The notes beneath the pieces were generated by a model, which saw only the letters and a program-made list of their open reading frames with translations, made no database searches and was not told where the DNA came from. From NCBI GenBank assembly GCA_045544415.1, contig JAZPYW010000108.1, positions 141 through 64,140 of the forward strand: DNA of 64,000 nucleotides, in the 5' to 3' direction. The stretch's first letter is position 1. The number at the start of each line of letters is the position of its first letter. A program made the translations under genes and the position numbers. This DNA is from Erysipelotrichaceae bacterium. Lineage in GTDB: Bacteria > Bacillota_I > Bacilli_A > Erysipelotrichales > Erysipelotrichaceae. This document shows, piece after piece, positions 42,229 to 50,027 of the stretch.

Positions 42229-43179
42229 TTACGCTGCGGCAGCTGCTGCAGCTGCGGCATGTGCAGATGCGATCAGGGATATAACGAGCGAGATGATCGC
42301 CGTATTGCCCGGTTCAAATCCTCCGTAGTATGCAGAGGTAAGAATGGCTGAATGGACGAGTCGGCTCTTTTTGGAATAGCCGAAGATCCCGCGGTAAGGC
42401 TTTACGTTGCCTAAATGGTTATAGATATCTTTGATCGTCTCAAGAGCGTCTCCGACCGGAATATCGCTGATCGCCAGAGTCGCCAGAGCCGTGAGTCCCA
42501 GACTCCGTTCATACTTGTATCCTGCATCATTCAGTTCATCATACAGGCGGAAGAAACGGACCAGGTTAAAGCGGGGTTCTCTGGTTCCCATCGAGAGGAT
42601 CTCAGCGATCGCCTGACGGGTATCTGAGCTTATGCTGATCTTTCCCTTAAGGGTCTCAAAGCATTCATCCATATCCCGTACAGCCTTGGATTCGTTCTTT
42701 CCGGAAGCCGCCATCAACACTGCATAAAGGACATCTTCAGTACCGGTCAGGAAAAAATGAGTCTCTCTCATATAATTGTGGATCATCTTCCCCTTTTCGA
42801 TCACTGCCTGAGGATCGTCTGTGAGTTCCGGAAGGATCAGGGAAAGGAGCGCTTCATAATCGCCTCCGCTGAAATAGAGTTTGATCAGATCATATGCTTC
42901 CATAGACTCTTCCAGCAGTCTGCCCGGATAACGGGAAGTTGCCAGTTTCGTGATCACGTAGATCTTGATGCAGCTGCGGTAACTGGAAAAGACTCCTGTC
43001 TTCGCCTTCAGAAGCAGTTCGGCTTTTCTCAGGGAATCCTCATCCAGAATCCTTCCCCGGGACGTAGCTTCAATAGCCGATACCGTCAATGTATCGCCGC
43101 CGTCCCATTTCCAGCAGGCTCCGAGGATCTCTCTGTTCTCCAGATAATTTTCGCAAAAATCGAATAATTCTTTTTTCAT
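42229..43179 (-). CDS. Hypothetical protein (possibly DUF4003-like), ending in a poly-Ala run
   Basis: 316 aa, predicted mostly helical, soluble. C-terminus is ...SLIASAHAAAAAAAAA*. The DUF4003 resemblance is from memory only. Confidence 0.5.
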   Translation of the reverse strand: MKKELFDFCENYLENREILGACWKWDGGDTLTVSAIEATSRGRILDEDSLRKAELLLKAKTGVFSSYRSCIKIYVITKLATSRYPGRLLEESMEAYDLIKLYFSGGDYEALLSLILPELTDDPQAVIEKGKMIHNYMRETHFFLTGTEDVLYAVLMAASGKNESKAVRDMDECFETLKGKISISSDTRQAIAEILSMGTREPRFNLVRFFRLYDELNDAGYKYERSLGLTALATLAISDIPVGDALETIKDIYNHLGNVKPYRGIFGYSKKSRLVHSAILTSAYYGGFEPGNTAIISLVISLIASAHAAAAAAAAA

Positions 43180-43212
43180 GATCTTTGTTAAAAAGACAGT
43201 ATCTCTACTGTC

Positions 43213-43758
43213 TTAGTCTGCGCGGGCAATATCCATGTAGCTGATATCGGTAGGTGTTTCACGGCCGAAAAGGATGATGAGGACAGTAGCGACCTGAGTT
43301 TCATCATTCATCGCATCGACAGTACCTTCCATGCCGGAGAACGGTCCGGATAAGATCTTGACAGCGTCACCGACTTTGTAGTCGACTTCGATAGACTTAT
43401 CAGCCTGACCGATCCTTCTCAGGACATTCAGCATTTCTTCTTCTCTAACAGGCAGAGGTTTTGCGCCGCCGCCGTAGGAACCTAAGAATCCGGTAACACC
43501 CGGAGTATTACGGACGACGTACCATGCCTCATCCGTCATGATCATCTCAACGAAGAGATAACCAGGGAAAATATTACGGACGACTTCTTTAGATTTTCCG
43601 TTCTTGACTTCGATCTGGACTTCTTCAGCAACAACTACCTTGAACAGATAGTCCGAGATGCCCATGGTCGCAATACGTTTTTCGAGGTTGTCTTTAACGC
43701 GGTTTTCGTGACCGGCGTAGGTATTTACAACATACCATTCTTTCTTGCTTTCAGACAT
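43213..43758 (-). CDS. nusG: Transcription termination/antitermination factor NusG
   Basis: 181 aa. WYVVNTYAGHENRVKDNLEKR (NGN domain), C-terminal KOW GDAVKILSGPFSGMEGTV. Confidence 0.95.
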   Translation of the reverse strand: MSESKKEWYVVNTYAGHENRVKDNLEKRIATMGISDYLFKVVVAEEVQIEVKNGKSKEVVRNIFPGYLFVEMIMTDEAWYVVRNTPGVTGFLGSYGGGAKPLPVREEEMLNVLRRIGQADKSIEVDYKVGDAVKILSGPFSGMEGTVDAMNDETQVATVLIILFGRETPTDISYMDIARAD

Positions 43759-43938
43759 TTAGAGAACTCCGATCGCTTTTAAGACAACAGATACCAGGAA
43801 CTGGCACAGGAAAAAGAATAATGCGAAACATGCCGTGAAAACGATGACCTGAACAGAATTTGTCAGCAGGTCTTCCTTCTTTGGCCAGCGGATCTTGCCG
43901 ATCTCTTTGAAAATTGCGCTTAAGTTAAACCACTTCAT
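43759..43938 (-). CDS. secE: Preprotein translocase subunit SecE
   Basis: Hand translation, 59 aa: MKWFNLSAIFKEIGKIRWPKKEDLLTNSVQVIVFTACFALFFFLCQFLVSVVLKAIGVL*. KxxWP motif plus one TM. TAGGAGG Shine-Dalgarno. Directly upstream of nusG. Confidence 0.85.
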   Translation of the reverse strand: MKWFNLSAIFKEIGKIRWPKKEDLLTNSVQVIVFTACFALFFFLCQFLVSVVLKAIGVL

Positions 43939-43947
43939 ACAGTCCTC

Positions 43948-44100
43948 CTACTTTGTCTCTTTGTGCAATGTATGCGTATTGCACTTCGGACAGAATTTCA
44001 TCAGCTCCAGACGTTCCGTCTTCGCTCTGTTTTTATTAGTCACATAATTTCGCGAGAGACACACACTGCAGGTAAGAATGATTTTCTTCTTTTCTTTCAT
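43948..44100 (-). CDS. rpmG: 50S ribosomal protein L33
   Basis: Hand translation, 50 aa: [50 protein letters not shown]. CxxC...CxxC zinc ribbon. Confidence 0.9.
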   Translation of the reverse strand: MKEKKKIILTCSVCLSRNYVTNKNRAKTERLELMKFCPKCNTHTLHKETK

Positions 44101-44149
44101 ATGTCCTCCTTTGAAGTATTTAAAAAGTTATCTGCTGATAACCTTTTAA

Positions 44150-44179
44150 ATTATAATATGCAATACTTTTTTGTGTCAA
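44150..44179 (-). promoter_or_regulatory. Candidate promoter for rpmG-secE-nusG
   Basis: Minus strand TTGACA (44179-44174), 18-nt spacer, TATAAT (44155-44150). A hairpin AAAAGGTTATC/GATAACTTTTT (44122-44146) overlaps the expected transcription start. Confidence 0.5.
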
Positions 44180-44181
44180 CT

Positions 44182-45510
44182 TCATTTGTCCCAAAGAGGA
44201 CGGATCTTCTCCAGAGCAGTTTCTATAGAGGCGATCCTTCTGACCTTCGGCTGCTTATAGAGCCTTCCTTCTGCAGACACCATGTAGAGATCCCGGATCG
44301 TTCTGAAGTCAACGAGAGGATTCTTTTCCGTAACGAGGAAGTCGGCTTTCTTGCCTTCTTCGAGTGTTCCGATCTCATCTTCCATATGAAGGATGGATGC
44401 ATTCACATAGGTGGCTGTATGGATCGCATAATCCATAGTGACGCCGCAGAAACGGACGAAGTATTCAAGTTCACGATAGGTGTCATAGGAGGCCACATAC
44501 GGACATCCGGTATCTGTGCCCAGACCGACCGGTATGCCTTCCTTGAGGCAGGTCTTTGCGCATTCCGCAATACCGTTGAATACGATCGTTCCGTTCTTCT
44601 GTCCCAGCTCTCCCAGACCGGTCTCTTCCGGATCCATGTAGACATATGGAAGCGCCGGAGACAGCGTTGCGACAAGCGCTGCTTTTTTCTCCTTAAAGAG
44701 CTTTATCATCTCTTCGTCCGGTCTTGCGCCGTGTTCGATCGTATCTACCCCGTTCGCGATCGAAACTTTGACACCTTCCGGAGATTCGTTGTGCGCAGCG
44801 ACTGTATAGCCCAGTTCATGTGCTCGGTCGCAGGCGGCCTTCACCAGTTCCGGAGCCATCTTGAGTACGCCCGGTTCTCCGCTTTCCGAAGCATCGAGGA
44901 CTCCTCCGGTGACCATCAGTTTGATGAGATCCGGATTGGTAGCGGCGATCTTATCGACATAGTCTCTCGCCTCTTCCGGACTTTTCGCTTCGTAAGCCAG
45001 CAGTCCTGCCATATGTCCATCCGGGACCGAGATCGCCGTATTGGCGACGATCATTCTCGGACCGACTGCTTTCCCTGCTTTGATCTTATCCCGCATCTTC
45101 GCATCGAAATCAGCGATGCCTCCGACGGTCCTTATCGTCGTCACACCGGAAAACAGTGTGTTGCGGGCAACATCTCCAAGAAGTTTATTTGTCGCCAGTA
45201 CTCCCAGCGGATTCTCCGTCAGAAGTTTCTTCGTCTTTTCGTAATTCGGTTTGGCAGAAGAGCTTCCCTTCTTTTTCGGCTTCGTGATGAGATCCGGGAC
45301 AAAATGTACGTGAAGATCGATGAGACCCGGCATCATGTAGCGGCCGTCAAGATCGACGACTTCATATCCCTGCAGATCTTCCTTATCCGAGGTGATGCGG
45401 ATGATCCGGTCGTCTTCCGTAAAAACGGTCACACTGCGCCGGACTTCCATCCTGCCGTTTTCCATGAGTCTTCCGGTCAGAAGGTTCGTATGTATAAATG
45501 CACGTTTCAT
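44182..45510 (-). CDS. Amidohydrolase-superfamily metal-dependent hydrolase
   Basis: 442 aa. PGLIDLHVHF (HxH metal site), TIEHG, GTDTG. Typical TIM-barrel amidohydrolase landmarks. Confidence 0.8.
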   Translation of the reverse strand: MKRAFIHTNLLTGRLMENGRMEVRRSVTVFTEDDRIIRITSDKEDLQGYEVVDLDGRYMMPGLIDLHVHFVPDLITKPKKKGSSSAKPNYEKTKKLLTENPLGVLATNKLLGDVARNTLFSGVTTIRTVGGIADFDAKMRDKIKAGKAVGPRMIVANTAISVPDGHMAGLLAYEAKSPEEARDYVDKIAATNPDLIKLMVTGGVLDASESGEPGVLKMAPELVKAACDRAHELGYTVAAHNESPEGVKVSIANGVDTIEHGARPDEEMIKLFKEKKAALVATLSPALPYVYMDPEETGLGELGQKNGTIVFNGIAECAKTCLKEGIPVGLGTDTGCPYVASYDTYRELEYFVRFCGVTMDYAIHTATYVNASILHMEDEIGTLEEGKKADFLVTEKNPLVDFRTIRDLYMVSAEGRLYKQPKVRRIASIETALEKIRPLWDK

Positions 45511-45519
45511 ATTGATACC

Positions 45520-46680
45520 TCATCTTCTTCTTTCATAATACATCTTCTTCGCTTTTGTAGAAACGGTCTTCCCTTCCGGGTAACGATAGGCCGTCAGCTT
45601 GTTGCCGAAGACGCATCCCGTGTCAACACATACACAGTGCTCGCGGATCCTCGGTTCATAATACGGAGTGTGACCGTATACTACCAGGGCATCCCCGTCG
45701 TAATTCAGCGTCCAGTCCAGACGGACAGGAAGATTAAAACTGTCATATTCTCCGGTCGATTCTCCATAGAGGCAGAAATGATGGACACTCCCTCCCTCGC
45801 GCAGGATATACTTCTGCTTTATACCCGCATGGACGCATACCAGCCTGCCTTCGTCAAAGACCAGATGATCCGGCAGCTTTTCCAAAAAGCTCCGAATAGC
45901 CGATCTGCTTTCTTCGTCTTCCCTCTTCAGTTCGTCATATGTCTTCTGTCCGGGAGCAATCACGACAACATTTCCGCACAGATAACGGTACAGTTTGTCA
46001 TCATGATTCCCCAGCGTCATATAGGCGCTTCCGTGTTCGCACATTTTCATGATCAGTTTTAAAGTCTTCAGATTTTCCGTACCGCGGTCGATCACATCGC
46101 CGAGGAAGACGGCCTTTCTTCCTTCAGGATGCACATATGTCTCATCTACTTTCTCGTATCCGAGCTTCTTCAGCAACTTCTCCAGTTCATAACGGCATCC
46201 GTGCACATCGCCTATGATGTCGAAAGGACCATGTTCCTCCTGTTTGTCACACGGAAGCCTTCTTTTGATGATCTCTTCTTCTTCCTGAAGAAAGAACACA
46301 TCTTTGAAACTCTCTTTTCCGATCCCCTTCCGGATATCTCCCAGCGTTTTCTTCTCGCCTTCCAGAAGCCGGGAATGCGTGATGCCGTGGTATTCGAAAA
46401 GATTATCCAGGGGTTCTTCGATGATCAGTGCGATCGAGCGCATATGATTCTTTTTGGCGAAGTCCGTGATCTCCTTGCGCCTTTTCTTTTCGAAGTTCTT
46501 TCCGGTAAAGACGACCGTCTGCGCATCGTTCAAAAGTTCCTCGGGAATCGGGGAACTTTCGTCGATCAAAGTGTCTTTTGAGAAATACGTCTCAATGATC
46601 TGTCTTTTTCTTCTTCCTTCACTGCCGATGAGTGCGATGCAGGAAGGGGTAATGATCTCCATACCTACAGTATACCGCAA
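45520..46680 (-). CDS. Pnkp-like two-domain protein: degenerate kinase-like N-domain plus calcineurin-type metallophosphoesterase
   Basis: 386 aa. EHGPFDIIGDVHGC, VFLGDVIDRG, LGNHD, VHAG, YGHTP phosphoesterase motifs. The N-terminal ALIGSEGRRKRQ sits where a Walker A would be. Confidence 0.65.
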   Translation of the reverse strand: MRYTVGMEIITPSCIALIGSEGRRKRQIIETYFSKDTLIDESSPIPEELLNDAQTVVFTGKNFEKKRRKEITDFAKKNHMRSIALIIEEPLDNLFEYHGITHSRLLEGEKKTLGDIRKGIGKESFKDVFFLQEEEEIIKRRLPCDKQEEHGPFDIIGDVHGCRYELEKLLKKLGYEKVDETYVHPEGRKAVFLGDVIDRGTENLKTLKLIMKMCEHGSAYMTLGNHDDKLYRYLCGNVVVIAPGQKTYDELKREDEESRSAIRSFLEKLPDHLVFDEGRLVCVHAGIKQKYILREGGSVHHFCLYGESTGEYDSFNLPVRLDWTLNYDGDALVVYGHTPYYEPRIREHCVCVDTGCVFGNKLTAYRYPEGKTVSTKAKKMYYERRR

Positions 46681-47259
46681 TCAGTTGGATGAATTCATCT
46701 GACGGTACCTCTTGCGTATGAGCGACATCCTGTTGTCGACTCTCTTTGAAGGAATCTTGAGGGATTCGGCGATCTCTTTATATCCTTTCTTTTCCATTCT
46801 CATACGGAGGATCATGCGATCCTCGTCACCGAGCTTCTCAATAAACCGTTTCATTTCCGTACTGTTTTCCTCCTTACGATACTCATACTCCGGCATGGTG
46901 ACCTGGTCATTGATGTATGACCTTTTCCGTGATGCGTAGTCGTCACTGTCGAGAGAAGATGTTTCGTGTGAATAGACTCGTCTTAGGGAAAAATAGCGTT
47001 TCGAGACTCTTCGATGGATGACCAGGTACGCAAACGAAGAGAACTTCATTCCCTTGACGTCATCGTAGTTCCGGCACGCATCCAGCAGCCCCAGACAGGC
47101 TTCCTGATAGAGATCATCAGTTGTGACCGTATAGTCTCCCAAACGCCGGTTAAAGCGGGAAAGGATCGAATAGATCATTCCCTGATATTCCTTCAGGATC
47201 TCCGTAAAGACTTCTTCTTCTCCTTTTCGATAGCGTTCCAGTAATACATTTGTTTCCAT
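46681..47259 (-). CDS. sigH: Sigma-70 family sigma factor, SigH-like by position
   Basis: 192 aa. Region 2 (DLYQEACLGLLDACRNYD...FSSFAYLVIHRR) and region 4 HTH (KGYKEIAESLKIPSKRVDNRMSLIRKR). Sits downstream of rlmB on the minus strand, and rpmG follows after two inserted genes, close to the Bacillus rlmB/yacP-sigH-rpmG arrangement. Confidence 0.75.
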   Translation of the reverse strand: METNVLLERYRKGEEEVFTEILKEYQGMIYSILSRFNRRLGDYTVTTDDLYQEACLGLLDACRNYDDVKGMKFSSFAYLVIHRRVSKRYFSLRRVYSHETSSLDSDDYASRKRSYINDQVTMPEYEYRKEENSTEMKRFIEKLGDEDRMILRMRMEKKGYKEIAESLKIPSKRVDNRMSLIRKRYRQMNSSN

Positions 47260-47436
47260 AACTCCACTATAATGAAGAAAGTGTCATTTTTATTCTCAAA
47301 TTCTTCTCATTTTTCTCTCATAAAAAGGTAACAATTGTGGAAAAGTATGGGGAAAACTCCGGTACGGGTGGATGCCTGATGTTCAAAAAAGCCCTTCAGA
47401 ACACGAAAAAACCGGAGCATGTCCGGTCTCTTTCAT

Positions 47437-48141
47437 TTAGATCGTAATTCCTCTTTTTTCCAGCACTTCATAGATCAGTATCCCGGCGGAGACCGAGGCA
47501 TTGAGGGAGTTGATGCTTCCCAGCAGAGGAAGTTTGACCATATAGTCGCATTCTTCCTTGACCAGTCTGCTCATGCCTTCGCCTTCCGATCCGATGATCA
47601 GGACCGTATTGAAGTCGTAATCCAGCTGATCGTATCCCTGTTTTGCCTTGCCGTCGGAGCCGACGATCCAGTATCCGTTATCCTTGAAGTATTTCAGTGT
47701 ATTTACGAGATTCGTCACTTCGGCGATCTTCACGTTTTCCAATGCGCCGCAGGCTACCTTCGCTACTGTATCATTTACTTTTACAGCGTTGTGTTTTTTA
47801 TAGACGATACCGTCGGCACCGGCACACTCGCAGGTACGGATGATCGCTCCGAGATTGTGGACATCCTTAAGTCCATCCAGTACAACGATGAGACCGTTCT
47901 TATCCTTCAGCATATCTTCCGGTCTTGCGAATGTGAATTCTTTCACTTCAGCCAGAATTCCCTGATGGTTCCCGCTGTTCGACATCTTATCGAGGTCTCT
48001 TCGTGCAGCGACTTTATAAGGTATCCTCTTTTTATCGAGTTCTGCGATCATGTCATGTCCCTGAAGGACATATGCTTTTACGACTCTGCCGTTCTGCAAT
48101 GCTTCTCTGACGGTATTTTTCCCATAGATTAATTCACTCAT
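47437..48141 (-). CDS. rlmB: TrmH/SpoU-family 23S rRNA 2'-O-methyltransferase RlmB
   Basis: 234 aa. LDGLKDVHNLGAIIRTCECAG, IGSEGEGMS, NSLNASVSAGILIYE SPOUT motifs. Confidence 0.85.
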   Translation of the reverse strand: MSELIYGKNTVREALQNGRVVKAYVLQGHDMIAELDKKRIPYKVAARRDLDKMSNSGNHQGILAEVKEFTFARPEDMLKDKNGLIVVLDGLKDVHNLGAIIRTCECAGADGIVYKKHNAVKVNDTVAKVACGALENVKIAEVTNLVNTLKYFKDNGYWIVGSDGKAKQGYDQLDYDFNTVLIIGSEGEGMSRLVKEECDYMVKLPLLGSINSLNASVSAGILIYEVLEKRGITI

Positions 48142-48511
48142 TCAACAGTCCTCCTTTAAAGACCTCCTGAAAGAACTCTTCCAATCTGTCTTTATCTGTC
48201 AGATAAAGATATCCGCATACTGCCTCCAGACCGCTGGCGATCTCATAAGACAGGCGGTCACCGTTATGAGGGATGTGACTGATGGAATTTCTTCCCCTTT
48301 TGAAGACATTCATCTCTTCTTCGCTGAAGAAATCCTTCATCCGTTCATAGGCTCTCATCTGACCTTTAGCAGAATTGTAGCGGCTGCAGAGAGATTGGAG
48401 CTTTTTCGGGGAATAATATCTTTCACCCAGATAAAACTCGCGTACACGGAGCGTGAAGACCGCATCTCCGAGAAAACTCAGAGAACTGCCGGTCATTTCC
48501 CGGACATCCAC
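48134..48511 (-). CDS. mrnC: Mini-ribonuclease 3
   Basis: 125 aa. LSFLGDAVFTLRVREFYL RNase III-like signature. Between cysS and rlmB, as in Bacillus. Confidence 0.85.
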   Translation of the reverse strand: MDVREMTGSSLSFLGDAVFTLRVREFYLGERYYSPKKLQSLCSRYNSAKGQMRAYERMKDFFSEEEMNVFKRGRNSISHIPHNGDRLSYEIASGLEAVCGYLYLTDKDRLEEFFQEVFKGGLLNE

Positions 48512-49842
48512 TAGAGGATCCCTTTCTCCATCAGCTGAGCTCTGTATTTATCTGCTTCTTCGAAATTCTTTGCCTTCTTGGCTTCGTTCCATTTGGCATA
48601 GATCTCTTTATCTTCATCCGTAAGAGTCACTTCATCGATAAAGATACCGAGGACACCGAGCATCTTCTTCAGTGTTGCATAGCGGGAGGCAAGTGTCTTA
48701 TAGTCGATCTCTCTTACCCGCAGAGCCTGATTGAGCAGTTTCAGCTCATCAAAGATCACTTTATATGCATTCGGAGTGTTGAGATCATCATTCATCGCAT
48801 CCAGGAATACGGCGTAGTTCTCGTCGATCTCGCCGTCGAGAGATTCATTGGCGATAGCTGCTTTGACTTCGCACTGCTTCAGACCGGTCTCGATCCTTTC
48901 GATCTCTTTCTTGGCGGCATCGATCGTTTCCGGAGAATAGTTCAGGACATCCCTGTAGTTTACCGACAGCAGGAGCCATCTGGTGACGTTGGCACCGAGT
49001 TCGGCAATGACATCTTTGGCAAGTACGATGTTGCCGAGGGACTTGGACATCTTGCCGCCGTTCAGATTCAGCATTCCGTTATGGACCCAGTAGTTTGCCA
49101 GGGCGTGATGGCAGCATGCTTCGGACTGTGCGACTTCATTCTCGTGATGAGGGAAACGCAGGTCTTTTCCGCCTCCGTGGATATCGATCATCTCGTGGTT
49201 GAAGTTATCTCCGATCATAACGACACATTCAGTGTGCCATCCCGGTCTTCCTTCTCCCCACGGGGAATTCCATTTGATTCCTTCGTCCGTCTTTTTCCAA
49301 AGGACAAAATCGAGCGGGTTGTGTTTCTTTTCGTTTTCTTCCACTCTCTTTCCTGCCTGCAGTTCTTCCAGATTCTGATGAGACAGGGATCCGTAGGAAT
49401 CTACGGAATCGACCGAGAAGAACACTTCTCCGTCTTCAACATAGGCCGAACCGTTTTTCACCATATCTTCGATAAAGGCGATCATTCCTTCCATCGTTTC
49501 CGTGACTCTCGGTGTTGCATCGAGCGGAACGACATGAAGCGCTTTACGAACGTCATTGTATGCATCGATATAGCGCTGCGCGATGACACTCTCGCTGACG
49601 CCTTCTTCTTTTGCTTTGTTGATGATCTTATCATCGACATCTGTAAAGTTCGAGACGAACTTGACTTTGTATCCGTCTGCTTCCAGTACTCTTCTGAGAG
49701 TGTCGAACACTACGATCGGACGGGCGTTGCCAATATGGGCGTGGTTATAGACTGTCGGTCCGCATACGTACATATTTACGACGCCTTCGTGGATCGGCTT
49801 GAATTCTTCTACCTTTAAAGTCTTTGTATTATATAGTTTCAT
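48511..49842 (-). CDS. cysS: Cysteine--tRNA ligase
   Basis: 443 aa. CGPTVYNHAHIGNAR (HIGH), GWHTEC zinc site, GGKMSKSLGN (KMSKS). Confidence 0.95.
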   Translation of the reverse strand: MKLYNTKTLKVEEFKPIHEGVVNMYVCGPTVYNHAHIGNARPIVVFDTLRRVLEADGYKVKFVSNFTDVDDKIINKAKEEGVSESVIAQRYIDAYNDVRKALHVVPLDATPRVTETMEGMIAFIEDMVKNGSAYVEDGEVFFSVDSVDSYGSLSHQNLEELQAGKRVEENEKKHNPLDFVLWKKTDEGIKWNSPWGEGRPGWHTECVVMIGDNFNHEMIDIHGGGKDLRFPHHENEVAQSEACCHHALANYWVHNGMLNLNGGKMSKSLGNIVLAKDVIAELGANVTRWLLLSVNYRDVLNYSPETIDAAKKEIERIETGLKQCEVKAAIANESLDGEIDENYAVFLDAMNDDLNTPNAYKVIFDELKLLNQALRVREIDYKTLASRYATLKKMLGVLGIFIDEVTLTDEDKEIYAKWNEAKKAKNFEEADKYRAQLMEKGIL

Positions 49843-50027
49843 TTTTCTCTCCTCTCAGTCAGATAAAACTGATAAATGCTGTCTTTTACTTTGATCCAGA
49901 CTTTCATGTCGCGGGTGCTTACTGCTTCATCAGGGCCTACTGTCCCGTCTTTGATCGCCCGGATCAGTTCTTCATCTGTATAGCGTTCTTCTTTTCCCCG
50001 AACTTTCCAGATCTTATTCTTCTCCAT
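49839..50027 (-). CDS. Small GYF_2-like protein
   Basis: The ORF track begins at 50120. The likely start is MEKNKIWKVRGKEERYTDEELIRAIKDGTVGPDEAVSTRDMKVWIKVKDS (62 aa). ATGA overlap with cysS. The domain call is tentative. Confidence 0.4.
   Translation of the reverse strand: MEKNKIWKVRGKEERYTDEELIRAIKDGTVGPDEAVSTRDMKVWIKVKDSIYQFYLTERREK

Noticed and set aside
43963-46062. 699-aa plus-strand ORF, the longest non-polymerase ORF in the track
   Set aside because: It runs antisense across two well-supported minus-strand genes (amidohydrolase and Pnkp-like phosphoesterase, both with clear catalytic motifs). Its translation is low-complexity (R/S/F/I rich) with no motif, and it has no ribosome-binding site. 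It is a shadow ORF.
49843-50013. T-box leader upstream of cysS
   Set aside because: The region is coding (small ORF coupled by ATGA to cysS, overlapping the end of the RCC1 protein gene). No specifier or T-box sequence (AGGGTGGNACCGCG-like) was seen.
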